Origin: an uncultured delta proteobacterium
Lineage (GTDB): Bacteria > Myxococcota > Myxococcia > Myxococcales > Myxococcaceae
Assembly (NCBI GenBank): GCA_963771175.1
Contig: CAVYSY010000048.1
Span: 1 to 64,000 of the forward strand
Length of the DNA stretch: 64,000 bases
Direction: 5' to 3'
Shown: in pieces, positions 51,805-61,183 of the stretch
Position numbering within the stretch: position 1 is the first letter of the stretch
How the letters are laid out: each line of letters starts with the position of its first letter
Notes under the pieces: model-generated
The model's input: only the letters and a program-made list of their open reading frames with translations
Told to the model about the DNA's origin: nothing
The model's database searches: none
Program-made: the position numbers and the translations under genes

Positions 51805-54096
51805 CTACTCGTTGCTGAAGAACATCCCGGCGACGCCGCCGCGCGACGAGTACTCCAGCATCGGGAAGTCGTCGGTCGCCACGGACGGATCGTTGAAGAG
51901 GTTCGGGACGTCCTGGGGCGTGAGGCCCTTCGAGAAGACCGCGCCAGCCCGGAGGGGCTCGACGAGGCCGATGCCACGCAGCGCCTCGCGCACGGGGGGA
52001 ATCTCCGCCAGTGCGTCGATCTTCGCCGGGTCGGCCTCGAGCGGCCGATCCGAGGCGACCACGTTGAAGCCACTCTGGTACGAGGGGAACAGCCGGACGT
52101 ACTTGAACGAGCGCCCCAGCGTGGAGAGCACCAGGCGGGTCTCCGTCCCGAAAGCGTGCTGGATGATCACGCCGCCCTCGGTGAGACGCTGCTTCACGAT
52201 GTCGTAGAAGTCGGTGTGGAAGAGGCTCGAACCGCCGGGCAGCCGCGGATCCGAGAGGTTGATGGACACGATGTCGAACGTGTCCTTCTGCCGGGTCAGG
52301 TAGTGCCTGCCGTCGTCCACCACCACGCGCACGCGCGGGTTGCGGTGGTAGCCCAGGTTGTGGGGCATGAACATATCGGCCACCTCGACCAGGGCGGGGA
52401 GGATCTCCACCGCGTCGATCCGCTCCATCTGTGGATACAGCCCGAGCGCGCCCGCGGTGATGCCGTAGCCACTGCCAATCACCACCGCCGTCTTCGCCTC
52501 GGGGTGGAAGAACATGCCCAGGTGGCCCTGCATCTGCTGCACGTACGAGGTGCTCGCCGCCCCGAGGTAGTGGATGAGCCTGGTGTGGTTGTTGGTGACG
52601 CTGAGCAGCCCGCCCGGCAGCGCGTTCACCTGGAACACGCCGTAGCGATCCTCATCGCGGTACACCATCTTCTCGTGCGAACCGAGCGTGACGAGCTCCT
52701 CCGGCATCGACAGCGGCACGAGCGTCACCACCAGCGTCACCGCGCCCAGGCCGATCAACTTCGGCAGGCGCTCGCGCACGCCGAGCAGGAAGACTCCCGC
52801 GGCCACGAGGCAGGCGAAGGCCACCAGGTAGCCGATGGTCCGGTACACGCCCACCGAGGGCAATGCCCAGAAGCCGACGAGCAGCGAGCCCGCCACCGAG
52901 CCCACCGTGTTCACCAGATAGAACAGGCCCGCCGCCAGACCCGAGCGCTCCTGGGTGAGGCGCGAGGCCGTGAGGCTGAGCGGGAACAGGCAGCCCATGG
53001 CCAGCATCATCGGGGCCAGCAGCACCAGAATCTGCAGGATGCGAGCGACGAGGAACACGCCACTGCTGGCCGGCAGCGCGCGCTCGAGCTCGGCCTGATG
53101 GTGGATCCACCACTCCGACATCGCCGCGCAGGCCACCGTGAGGGCAGCGGAAGCAGCCAGCACTCCACCCATCAACTCCGGGATGCGGCGGCCGAACCGG
53201 CGCAGCAGGCGCTCGGCCAGCCACGAGCCCGCCGCGAGCGCGCTGAGGACGCACGCCATCAGCATGCTGAAGGCATACACGCGATTGCCCAGGAAGTAGC
53301 TGGACAGCCGCATCCACGCCACCTCCACGCCCAGCGTGAGCAGGCCGCTGGTCGTCGCCACCGTCAGGAGGATCCACTGGGGCAGCGAGGGGGACTCCGA
53401 CGCGGGCTCGGAAGCCGGGGCCGGCTCCGGGGACGGGGAGGGCTCGGAGGACGGAGCCGGGGCCGCTTCGGGCGTGCCACGCGCGAGCAGCGCCGGGAGG
53501 CAGGCGGCGGCCGCGAGCAGGTTGAGCAGGGCCCCCGCGCCCACCGAGCCGCGCACCCCCAGGGTGGGCAGCATCACGAAGCCGCAGACGAGGGTGCCCA
53601 GCGAGGCGCCCAGGGTGTTGAGCGCATAGAGGATGTTCACCCCGCTCACCTGGATTCCCGAGCGGCGCGCCGCCGCCACCATCAGCGGGAAGGTGGCGCC
53701 CATCAACAGCGTGGGCAGCAGCACCAGCGCGAGCACGAAGAAGAAGACGAGCGCCACGCGCGCCAGCCCCTGCACGTCTCCGCCGATGATGAGCGTGTCA
53801 CGCACCAGGAACAGCACGAGGCCCGCGGCGCCCGCGGTGAACGCGATGGCCACCTCCACCCAGGCGTACGCGCGCAACGGCAACCGCAGCAGGTCAGCCT
53901 TCCGGCCTGCCAACCACGCCCCGAGCGCCAATCCCACCAGGAAGGCCGCGAAGGTGGTCGAGGCCGCCTCCACCGTGGAGCCCACCATGTTGGACAGCGA
54001 GCGGACCCACAGGGTCTCGGCGATCAGCGCGGCGGCGCCCGAGAGCACCGTCGCGACCTTCAGTCCCAACCACGCACGATTCTGGGTGCCACTCAC
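51805..54096 (-). CDS. Fused multi-TM (MFS-like) / spermidine synthase-like SAM-binding protein B
   Basis: SGAAALI.E..W.R, LMGATFP, LYALNTLGA, VIGSGYGITAG, DAVEI, DDGR.YL, FDIV..NLSDP. Confidence 0.85.
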   Translation of the reverse strand: MSGTQNRAWLGLKVATVLSGAAALIAETLWVRSLSNMVGSTVEAASTTFAAFLVGLALGAWLAGRKADLLRLPLRAYAWVEVAIAFTAGAAGLVLFLVRDTLIIGGDVQGLARVALVFFFVLALVLLPTLLMGATFPLMVAAARRSGIQVSGVNILYALNTLGASLGTLVCGFVMLPTLGVRGSVGAGALLNLLAAAACLPALLARGTPEAAPAPSSEPSPSPEPAPASEPASESPSLPQWILLTVATTSGLLTLGVEVAWMRLSSYFLGNRVYAFSMLMACVLSALAAGSWLAERLLRRFGRRIPELMGGVLAASAALTVACAAMSEWWIHHQAELERALPASSGVFLVARILQILVLLAPMMLAMGCLFPLSLTASRLTQERSGLAAGLFYLVNTVGSVAGSLLVGFWALPSVGVYRTIGYLVAFACLVAAGVFLLGVRERLPKLIGLGAVTLVVTLVPLSMPEELVTLGSHEKMVYRDEDRYGVFQVNALPGGLLSVTNNHTRLIHYLGAASTSYVQQMQGHLGMFFHPEAKTAVVIGSGYGITAGALGLYPQMERIDAVEILPALVEVADMFMPHNLGYHRNPRVRVVVDDGRHYLTRQKDTFDIVSINLSDPRLPGGSSLFHTDFYDIVKQRLTEGGVIIQHAFGTETRLVLSTLGRSFKYVRLFPSYQSGFNVVASDRPLEADPAKIDALAEIPPVREALRGIGLVEPLRAGAVFSKGLTPQDVPNLFNDPSVATDDFPMLEYSSRGGVAGMFFSNE

Positions 54097-56867
54097 GGCG
54101 CGTCGCCTCCCGCCAGCTTCTGACGCAGCGACTCGCGCAGCGCCTGGTCTTCAGGGCTCATCGGCCCCAGCCTCCCGAGGAACTCCAGGTGGGCGAGGGC
54201 ATCCGCGTTCAGGCCTCGCTGGGCCGCGACCCGCGCGAGGATGCGGCGGACGCCGGGCACCAGCGGACCCCCTTCATAGAGGCGCAGGAGCGCCTCGTCC
54301 GACACCTCACGGCCGAGCCGGAGCATCAGTCCGAGCCGCATCTCCTGGTAGCGCAGGTCGCCCCCGAGCGACTTCTCCAGCCCGTCGAGGACGGACAGGG
54401 CGCGCTCCAGCTGGCCGTTGTCCACCAGGCTCGCGGCCATGGACATGCGGATGCGCGGCGCATCGTCCTCGTCCCCCCAGGCGAGCATGCGCTCCACGTA
54501 CGTGAGCGGCAGCGGCTTGCGCCCGCCCTCGGTGAGGAGCTGCCTGCACATGGGGTCGAGCGAGCGACTCACCGCGTGCAGGGCGAAGCAGCGGGTGCCC
54601 AGGGTGTCGCGCGTGAGCGGCTCGCCGGAGAAGCCAGGGACGGTCAGGTCCACCTGGGCGAGCATCAGCGGGGACCAGGGCTTCACCTGCTGCTGGGTGA
54701 GCGAGGCCGAGGCCATCACGAACTCCAGCTCCGGCTGGTCGAAGGTGTTGAGGGGCGCCTCCCAGTCCGTCTCGAAGAGCTGGTGCTTGCGCAGGATGAG
54801 GTGGGAGAACAGCTCGTTCATCCCCATGCCGAGCTGATGCGCCTCATAGAGGGCCACGAGGTCCTTCGGCCACGCCTCCTCGGGCAGCGGGTGCGGGGTG
54901 AGCGGCTGCTTGCCACACACCACCTGCGTGTACACGGAGGTGAGGAACACGAAGTGGCAGTCCGCGAAGCTCTGGCGCAGCGTCTCGAAGACGATGCGCG
55001 CGCCCTCGGGCTGCACGCGCGCGTCGAACCACATCGAGTACACCCCGCCGTCGGTGAGGCGGCTCTTCACCAGCTCGAAGAACTCGCGCGTGTAGAGCTT
55101 GCTCGACGAGAAGTAGAGCGGGCTGGTGACGGTGTTGACGATGGCGTCGTAACGCTGGTGGGTGCGGGCGAGCGCGGTGAGCCCATCCTCCAGGAGGAGC
55201 TGGAAGCCGGGCCGCTGCGCCAGCCCGAGGTTGTTGGGCGAGAAGCGCGGGAGGGCCTCCGCCACGGCCGGATTGATTTCCACCCCGTCCGTGTGCGCGA
55301 AGAGGCTGGCGGTGGCGCCCGCGGTGATGCCGGTGCCCACCCCGAGCACCAGCGCCCGCTCCCGCTTGGGCGCGTAGAGCGCGGGCGAGGTGCCGACGAT
55401 GAGCTCGCTGATGTTGGTATGGCCCGAGCGCGAGGAAACCAGCGACCGGTAACCATTGATGATGACGGACTGCTCGCCCTGGGCGTCACGCACCAGGCTG
55501 AGCGCGCTGTCGAAGCGCTTGAGGAGCTCCGTCTCGCGCACACCGGACAGGGTGCGCTTGAGGGTGTCGGAGGAGATGAAGTCCCGGTAGGAGAGCTGCA
55601 GCAGCGTATCGGACCACGTCAGCCCGAGCAGCACGAGGAGCGGCGCCGGCAGCAGCCGCGTCACCAGGGAGGGCATCCGCGAGCCCTCGCGAGCGAGGAG
55701 CCCCAGGAGCCACAGCCCGGCGGGGAAGAGCAGCGCCAGGGCCCGGAACGAGAGATTCTCGTAGAGGAACGCGACGGACAGGACATAGCCCAGGCAGTTG
55801 CCGAAGCTGGACACCGCGAGCATGCGCCCCGCCGTGGTGCGCGCGCCCTTGAGCTGCCCGAGCAGCGCCGGCACCGTGGCGCCGAACACCGTCAGCGGCA
55901 CCAGCCCCATCGCCGTGAACACCAGCGCCTTGCACAGCGAGCTGAGCAGCGGCGTCACGCCGAACGCCACGTTGAGGTGGCCCCAGAAGTGGATGAGCGG
56001 CTGCAGCAACAGCATGCTCGCCCCGACGGCCGCGGCGCCCACCAGCAGCAACGTCTCGAAGCGCAGCCCCCAGCGGTACGCACGCCACGTGCCGAGCGCG
56101 ATGCCCGCCAGCGCCATCGCCAGCACCAGGGCGAAGTTCTCGTGGAAGGGCCCGAAGACGATCTCCGTGAGCTTCAGCAGGAAGAGCTGGTACAGGCCGC
56201 TCAGCGCGCTGGCCACGAAGAGCGCGGCCACCCACCGGAACGGAACCGCCTCGTGCTCGTCCTGCGACGCCTCCCGGGGAGGAACCTCCAACTGGCGGAG
56301 CACCAGCGCGCTCACCAGGTTGAGCAGCGCCAGCAACAGCAGCGTCTGCTTCACGCCCAGCGCGCGCAGCAGGGCGTACTCCATGGCCAGCACGCAGGCG
56401 GCGCCACCCAGGTTGTATATCCAATAGACGGCGTTGAAGGCATCCGAGTGCTGGACGTTGCCCAGATGGTGCCGGGCATATTCCGAGAAGAGCGGCACCG
56501 AGAAACCGATGAGCAGCGCCGGCACGAACGCGAACAGGAACGCGGTGAGCGCCACCATCCAGCGGCCATGTCCCAACGCGGGCAGCAGGTGCTCGAGCAC
56601 GACCTGGGGCTCGCTGGCGAATGTCAGCGCGACCAGCAGCGCGTACACGCCGATGCCCAGCTCGACGAGCCACAACCAGCGCACGAACCGGTGCGACACC
56701 CACGAGCCCAGGCCGATGCCCAGCAGGAAGCTCGTCAGGATGGCGGCGTTCACCTGGAACATGTCGCCCAGGTGGGTGGTCAGCAGCCGAGAGTAGAGCA
56801 ACTCATAGGCGATGCCGCACCAGCCCGACAGCAACGCGACGATGGGAAGAAGCCGGCGGATGGACAT
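54093..56867 (-). CDS. Fused multi-TM (MFS-like) / spermidine synthase-like SAM-binding protein A with helical C-terminus
   Basis: SGWCGIAYELLYSR, LVLGVGTGITAG, DGVEINP, EDG...L, YDAIVN, KLYTREFF...L..GG; GTGA overlap with gene B. Confidence 0.82.
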   Translation of the reverse strand: MSIRRLLPIVALLSGWCGIAYELLYSRLLTTHLGDMFQVNAAILTSFLLGIGLGSWVSHRFVRWLWLVELGIGVYALLVALTFASEPQVVLEHLLPALGHGRWMVALTAFLFAFVPALLIGFSVPLFSEYARHHLGNVQHSDAFNAVYWIYNLGGAACVLAMEYALLRALGVKQTLLLLALLNLVSALVLRQLEVPPREASQDEHEAVPFRWVAALFVASALSGLYQLFLLKLTEIVFGPFHENFALVLAMALAGIALGTWRAYRWGLRFETLLLVGAAAVGASMLLLQPLIHFWGHLNVAFGVTPLLSSLCKALVFTAMGLVPLTVFGATVPALLGQLKGARTTAGRMLAVSSFGNCLGYVLSVAFLYENLSFRALALLFPAGLWLLGLLAREGSRMPSLVTRLLPAPLLVLLGLTWSDTLLQLSYRDFISSDTLKRTLSGVRETELLKRFDSALSLVRDAQGEQSVIINGYRSLVSSRSGHTNISELIVGTSPALYAPKRERALVLGVGTGITAGATASLFAHTDGVEINPAVAEALPRFSPNNLGLAQRPGFQLLLEDGLTALARTHQRYDAIVNTVTSPLYFSSSKLYTREFFELVKSRLTDGGVYSMWFDARVQPEGARIVFETLRQSFADCHFVFLTSVYTQVVCGKQPLTPHPLPEEAWPKDLVALYEAHQLGMGMNELFSHLILRKHQLFETDWEAPLNTFDQPELEFVMASASLTQQQVKPWSPLMLAQVDLTVPGFSGEPLTRDTLGTRCFALHAVSRSLDPMCRQLLTEGGRKPLPLTYVERMLAWGDEDDAPRIRMSMAASLVDNGQLERALSVLDGLEKSLGGDLRYQEMRLGLMLRLGREVSDEALLRLYEGGPLVPGVRRILARVAAQRGLNADALAHLEFLGRLGPMSPEDQALRESLRQKLAGGDAP

Positions 56868-57131
56868 GGTGGTCAGGGTCGCGCAGCGTAACAAAGGCGC
56901 CCGCCCCGTCGAGCTTCATGGTGGCCTCCTCCAGAGTGGCGGTCCCCTGCCCGGTCGGCTCCCTATTTCTGGCCCGCGGGGCGAGCAGCCGGACAGGGGC
57001 CTCCTCGATGGGGCCGTGAGGAGTTCCTCGCCGCTCCCCGTGCCCGAGGGACCGTGCCTTGTCCGTCCCCCCGGAGGTGAAGACCGTTCCAGGAGCGGCC
57101 CGGCCCCATTCCGGATCGCGGGAGACGCGAC

Positions 57132-57359
57132 ATGCTGAAGCTCCGCGCGCTGTACGCATTCCTGTGGTCGCTCGTCCTCACCCCGGCGCTGGCGCTCGCC
57201 CAGTCCGGCGAGCCCATCGAACCCTATGAGCCCTACGAGGCCACCCGCTGGGGCCTGAGCTGGCTCTGGCTGGCGGTGCTCGCCGTCATCATCGTCGCCC
57301 TCGTGGCATGGGGCCTGTCCCGGGACCGATATCAGCGGGGGCCTCCGCTCACTCGGTGA
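57132..57359 (+). CDS. Small exported/membrane protein (signal peptide + one TM)
   Basis: SD GGGAG; MLKLRALYAFLWSLVLTPALALA then WLWLAVLAVIIVALVAWGL. Confidence 0.65.
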   Translation: MLKLRALYAFLWSLVLTPALALAQSGEPIEPYEPYEATRWGLSWLWLAVLAVIIVALVAWGLSRDRYQRGPPLTR

Positions 57360-57493
57360 CAACCCTGTCCTCACCTCGCTCCGAGGGCCCCGGGTGCATG
57401 GTAGGATCGCCCCGAAAACCGGGAAGCGGCACATACGAGCTGCCTCAGCGATTCGGGCGAGCCCATGCGCCTTCCGTATCGGGGAAACGCGAC

Positions 57494-58102
57494 ATGACTT
57501 CGAAGCAAGGCACCTTGGTCCTGGGCTCACCGGAGGAGCTGGAGTGGCGACTGACATTGGTGAATCCCGCGGACACCGCGCGCGGCTATTTCTTCAACTG
57601 CGCCCTGAACCAGGTCCGGCTCCATGCCGACGCGGAGGCGCTGAAGCGCTGCACTGAACTGCTCGGGGAGGAGAAGATCACGCCCTTCTTCAACTATCCC
57701 ATCACCACGCTGCTGCGGCTGCTCTACAACGCGACGTGGAGCCTGAGCGAGAAGCACGAAGGTTTCGAGAAGACGCTGCAACACCTGGGGCGCCAGGTGG
57801 CACAGGACTTCCTGAGCAACGCGGTGGGCAAGACGCTGCTGCTGCTGACTGGAAAGGCCCCGACGCAGCTGGTCAACAGCCTGCCCTCGGCCTACCGGAC
57901 GGGCTGGCATCACGGGCAGGGCGCGGTGAAGTGGACGAGCCCCCGGCAGTGCATCGCGAGCATCCACGGCAACGTCATTCCCTACCCGTATTTCGAAGGG
58001 GTATTCCAGCAGGTGTTCGGCGCCATGGGGGTCGTCAACATGCAGGTGAAGGGACGACAGGTGGAGCCGGTCACCAGCGAGTACGCGTTCTCCTGGAACT
58101 GA
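57494..58102 (+). CDS. DUF2378 (TIGR02265) family protein
   Basis: L..RL....P.DTARG.FF...L, FFNYP, FL.N.VGKTL, L...LP.AY, EY.FSW C-terminus. Confidence 0.8.
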   Translation: MTSKQGTLVLGSPEELEWRLTLVNPADTARGYFFNCALNQVRLHADAEALKRCTELLGEEKITPFFNYPITTLLRLLYNATWSLSEKHEGFEKTLQHLGRQVAQDFLSNAVGKTLLLLTGKAPTQLVNSLPSAYRTGWHHGQGAVKWTSPRQCIASIHGNVIPYPYFEGVFQQVFGAMGVVNMQVKGRQVEPVTSEYAFSWN

Positions 58103-58195
58103 GCCTCCTGCCGGGAGCCGTCTCCGGTGGGCAGCGCGGCCGGTCGTAGGGCGCGGAGACCCGGAGATGTCAGAGGGCCGTGTTACCCGACCTGT

Positions 58196-61078
58196 ATGAC
58201 AATCCCGAAGAGACGTGGGGGGATGGGTCTGTTCGCGGGCCTGTGTCTCCTGACAGGACAGGGGTGCCAGACTTCCGCCGGACCCGAGCAGCAGGATGCA
58301 GCCGGAGTGGTGGAGCGGCTGCGCTCACATCGGATGGACGTGAAGGAGGCAGGGGCGAAGCCCCGTTCCGTGCTCCCGCCCGCGGACAAGACGCGTGTGG
58401 AGCGCGTGGAGGGTGGGCTCTCGGTGAGCCCGGAGAAGCCCTCGCGCGGGGACTCGCGGCGCCCGGCGCGCGTGGTGCTACCCGAGGTGGCGCAGCGTCC
58501 CTTCCGTGTGAAGGACCTCGCCTCGGGGCTGACGATGGACGTGGCACTCGAGGGCGCGACCCCGGCGAAGGCCGAGGTGGTGGACGGCTACGTCGTCTAC
58601 CCGGACGCGCACCCGGAGGGCGCGGACGTGGTGCACCGCTTCACGCCCGAGGGCACCGAGGACTACCTCTCGTTCGAGCAAGCCCCGTCCAAGCCGGAGG
58701 TGAGCTACGGCCTGACGCTGGGGGCGGGTGCGGCGGGTCTGCGCCTCGTGGAGGACACCCTGGAAGTGCTGGACGGCAGCGGGGCCCCGCGCCTGCGCAT
58801 GGCGCCGCCGTACCTGGTGGGGGCGGACGGCCGCGTCAGTCTGGCGCACGTCTCCGTCGAGGGATGCGCGGTGGACACCCGCGCCTCGGCGCCCTGGCAG
58901 CGGCCGGTGACGGTGCCCGGCTCGCGCCAGTGCCGGGTGCGCGTGGGGTGGAACGCCGAGTCGGTGAAGTACCCGGCGGTGTTGGACCCCGTTTGGAGCA
59001 CCACCGGCTCGCTCTCCCTGGCGCGGGGCGCGCTCACCACCACCGTCCTGCCAGACGGCCGGGTACTGGCGGTGGCCGGCATCAACTACCAGGTGGGTGT
59101 GCTCTCGAGCGCGGAGCTGTACGACCCGGTGACTGGCACCTGGGCTACGACGAGCTCGCTGGCGACGGCGCGGCAGCTCCACTCCGCCACCCTGCTCGAC
59201 TCGGGCAAGGTGCTGGTATCCGCGGGCAGGTCCCCGGACTACGAGCCCCTCGGCACCGCCGAGCTGTATGACCCCGTCACGGGCACCTGGAGCAGCGCGG
59301 GCTCCCTGAACACCGCCCGATACGAGCACGCGACCGTCCGCCTCGCTGACGGGCGTGTGCTCGCCAGCGGTGGCAGTGATTCCATTGGTGCCTCACAGAT
59401 GAGCGCGGAGCTGTACGACCCGACCACCGACACCTGGTCGCCCAGCGGATCCCTCACGGCTCCACGCGAGCACCACAAGATGCTGCGGCTCTCCAACGGG
59501 AAGGTCCTGACGGTCGGCGGCATGAATGCCTACAACCACGACCTCTATGAGCCCTCCACGGGCACCTGGACAGCGACCGGCTCGATGGCCACCTCCGTGT
59601 ACTCCCTGCTCATGGCCCCGCTTCCCGATGGCCGTGTGCTGGTCACCGGTGGATACGAGCCCATGGCGGAGGTGTATGACCCCGCCACGGACACCTGGAG
59701 CCCCACCGGTACTCCCCCTCTGGTGCGCATCGAGGCAACGGCCAGCGTGCTTCCGGATGGCCGGGTGCTGGTGGCGGGCGGTTCGAACAACTCGAGCTTC
59801 GACCCGCAGATGGGCGTCACGCAGGTGTATGACCCCGCCACGGCCATCTGGAGTCTCGGAGCCACATTGCAGCAAGCGCGGAGGAGCCACTCCGCCAGCG
59901 TGCTTCAGGACGGGCGAGTGCTCGTCGTGGGCGGCATGGGAATCATCGACTATGGGCCCATCGCCAGCGCGGAGGTGCTGCTGCTCGGCGTCGACGACGT
60001 GACGTCGCCTGTCGCCACCCTCACCTCGCCCTCGGAGGGCGCCTCGGTCGCGGGGGAGGTCATCCTGACCGTGAGCGCCTCGGACGACTACGGCGTGAAG
60101 CGGGTCGAGTACTTCGATGGCGACACGCTCATCGGCACCGCCATGTCCGCGCCGTTCTCCTTCTCCTGGTACACCCAGTGGGGGGTGGCCAACGGTCCAC
60201 ACGTGCTGACCGCTCGGGCGTACGACGCCGCGGGCAACGTGGGCATGAGCTCGTCCGTCTCCGTCATCGTGAACAACGACGTGACTCCTCCCACGGTGTC
60301 GATCACCGCGCCCACCTCGGGCGCCACGGTGAGCGGCACCGTCACCATCTCCGCCTCCGTGAGCGACAACGTGGGCGTCAGCTGGGTCCATTTCTATGAT
60401 GGGACGACCCTGCTGGGCACCCTCACCACCTCGCCGTACTCGCTCTCGTGGAACACGGTGGGCCTCTCCAACGGCAGCCACACGCTGCTGGTCAGGGCCT
60501 ACGACGCGGCGGGCAACGAGGGGCTGAGCACCCAGGTGCAGGTGACGGTCAACAACCCCGTTCAAACGGGAATGGCGGTCCATGACTCCACGCTGGGCGC
60601 GCCCCGGTGCGGCTCCTCGGGCAACTCCTGCGACTCGGGCACCCTGCTCAATGGTCGGGCCAACCTGGGGCCCGAGGCCAACGCGCCCAACACCGTGGAC
60701 ACCTGCACCGACGGGATCAGTGGCGCCTACCATGCCGACGAGTCGCTGGATCGACTGAAGGTGTCCACGCTCGATGGCTCGCCCCTCGCGGCGGGGAAGA
60801 CGGTGCGCATCGACGCCACGGTGTGGGGGTACGGCTCCTACTCCGCCGACTACCTGGACCTCTATTACGCACCGGATGCCAGCGCGCCGAGCTGGACGTT
60901 CCTCGGCACGATGACGGCCACCGCCGCCGGCTCGCACGTGCTCTCCAAGACGTACACACTGCCCTCGGGGAGCACCCGCTCGGTGGTGCGCGGGGTGTTC
61001 CGCTACAGTGGCTCCGTGGGCACGTGCCCGGGCGGCGCCTATACGGACGTGGACGACCTCGTCTTCAATGCGCAGTAG
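58196..61078 (+). CDS. Kelch-repeat lipoprotein with two bacterial Ig-like domains and a conserved C-terminal domain
   Basis: Lipobox-like GQGC; about 7 L.DGRVLV.GG...AELYDP.TGTW repeats; two Big-like domains (NG.H.L.ARAYDAAGN); C-terminal C..CDSG.LL.GR..LGPE...DESLDRLKV...DDLVF. Confidence 0.85.
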   Translation: MTIPKRRGGMGLFAGLCLLTGQGCQTSAGPEQQDAAGVVERLRSHRMDVKEAGAKPRSVLPPADKTRVERVEGGLSVSPEKPSRGDSRRPARVVLPEVAQRPFRVKDLASGLTMDVALEGATPAKAEVVDGYVVYPDAHPEGADVVHRFTPEGTEDYLSFEQAPSKPEVSYGLTLGAGAAGLRLVEDTLEVLDGSGAPRLRMAPPYLVGADGRVSLAHVSVEGCAVDTRASAPWQRPVTVPGSRQCRVRVGWNAESVKYPAVLDPVWSTTGSLSLARGALTTTVLPDGRVLAVAGINYQVGVLSSAELYDPVTGTWATTSSLATARQLHSATLLDSGKVLVSAGRSPDYEPLGTAELYDPVTGTWSSAGSLNTARYEHATVRLADGRVLASGGSDSIGASQMSAELYDPTTDTWSPSGSLTAPREHHKMLRLSNGKVLTVGGMNAYNHDLYEPSTGTWTATGSMATSVYSLLMAPLPDGRVLVTGGYEPMAEVYDPATDTWSPTGTPPLVRIEATASVLPDGRVLVAGGSNNSSFDPQMGVTQVYDPATAIWSLGATLQQARRSHSASVLQDGRVLVVGGMGIIDYGPIASAEVLLLGVDDVTSPVATLTSPSEGASVAGEVILTVSASDDYGVKRVEYFDGDTLIGTAMSAPFSFSWYTQWGVANGPHVLTARAYDAAGNVGMSSSVSVIVNNDVTPPTVSITAPTSGATVSGTVTISASVSDNVGVSWVHFYDGTTLLGTLTTSPYSLSWNTVGLSNGSHTLLVRAYDAAGNEGLSTQVQVTVNNPVQTGMAVHDSTLGAPRCGSSGNSCDSGTLLNGRANLGPEANAPNTVDTCTDGISGAYHADESLDRLKVSTLDGSPLAAGKTVRIDATVWGYGSYSADYLDLYYAPDASAPSWTFLGTMTATAAGSHVLSKTYTLPSGSTRSVVRGVFRYSGSVGTCPGGAYTDVDDLVFNAQ

Positions 61079-61094
61079 TGCCTGAGCCGTGAGG

Positions 61095-61130
61095 GAGGGC
61101 GCCGGGTGACTGTTCCTGGCGCCCCCTTCC
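61095..61130. terminator. Stem-loop between convergent genes
   Basis: GGGCGCCGGG ... CCTGGCGCCC stem with one G-U pair. Confidence 0.45.
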
Positions 61131-61183
61131 GTCCAAGCAGGTCGCCAAAAGTTCCGAGCTGGGGCAGACGCCCGTGGGTGGCT

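Noticed and set aside
51664..56891. Very long antisense ORFs (e.g. 51664-54123 +, 54189-56891 +; also 17326-19566 -, 6206-8116 +, 42388-44379 +)
   Set aside because: These are shadow ORFs expected opposite high-GC3 genes. They have no recognisable motifs, while the other strand encodes clear families.
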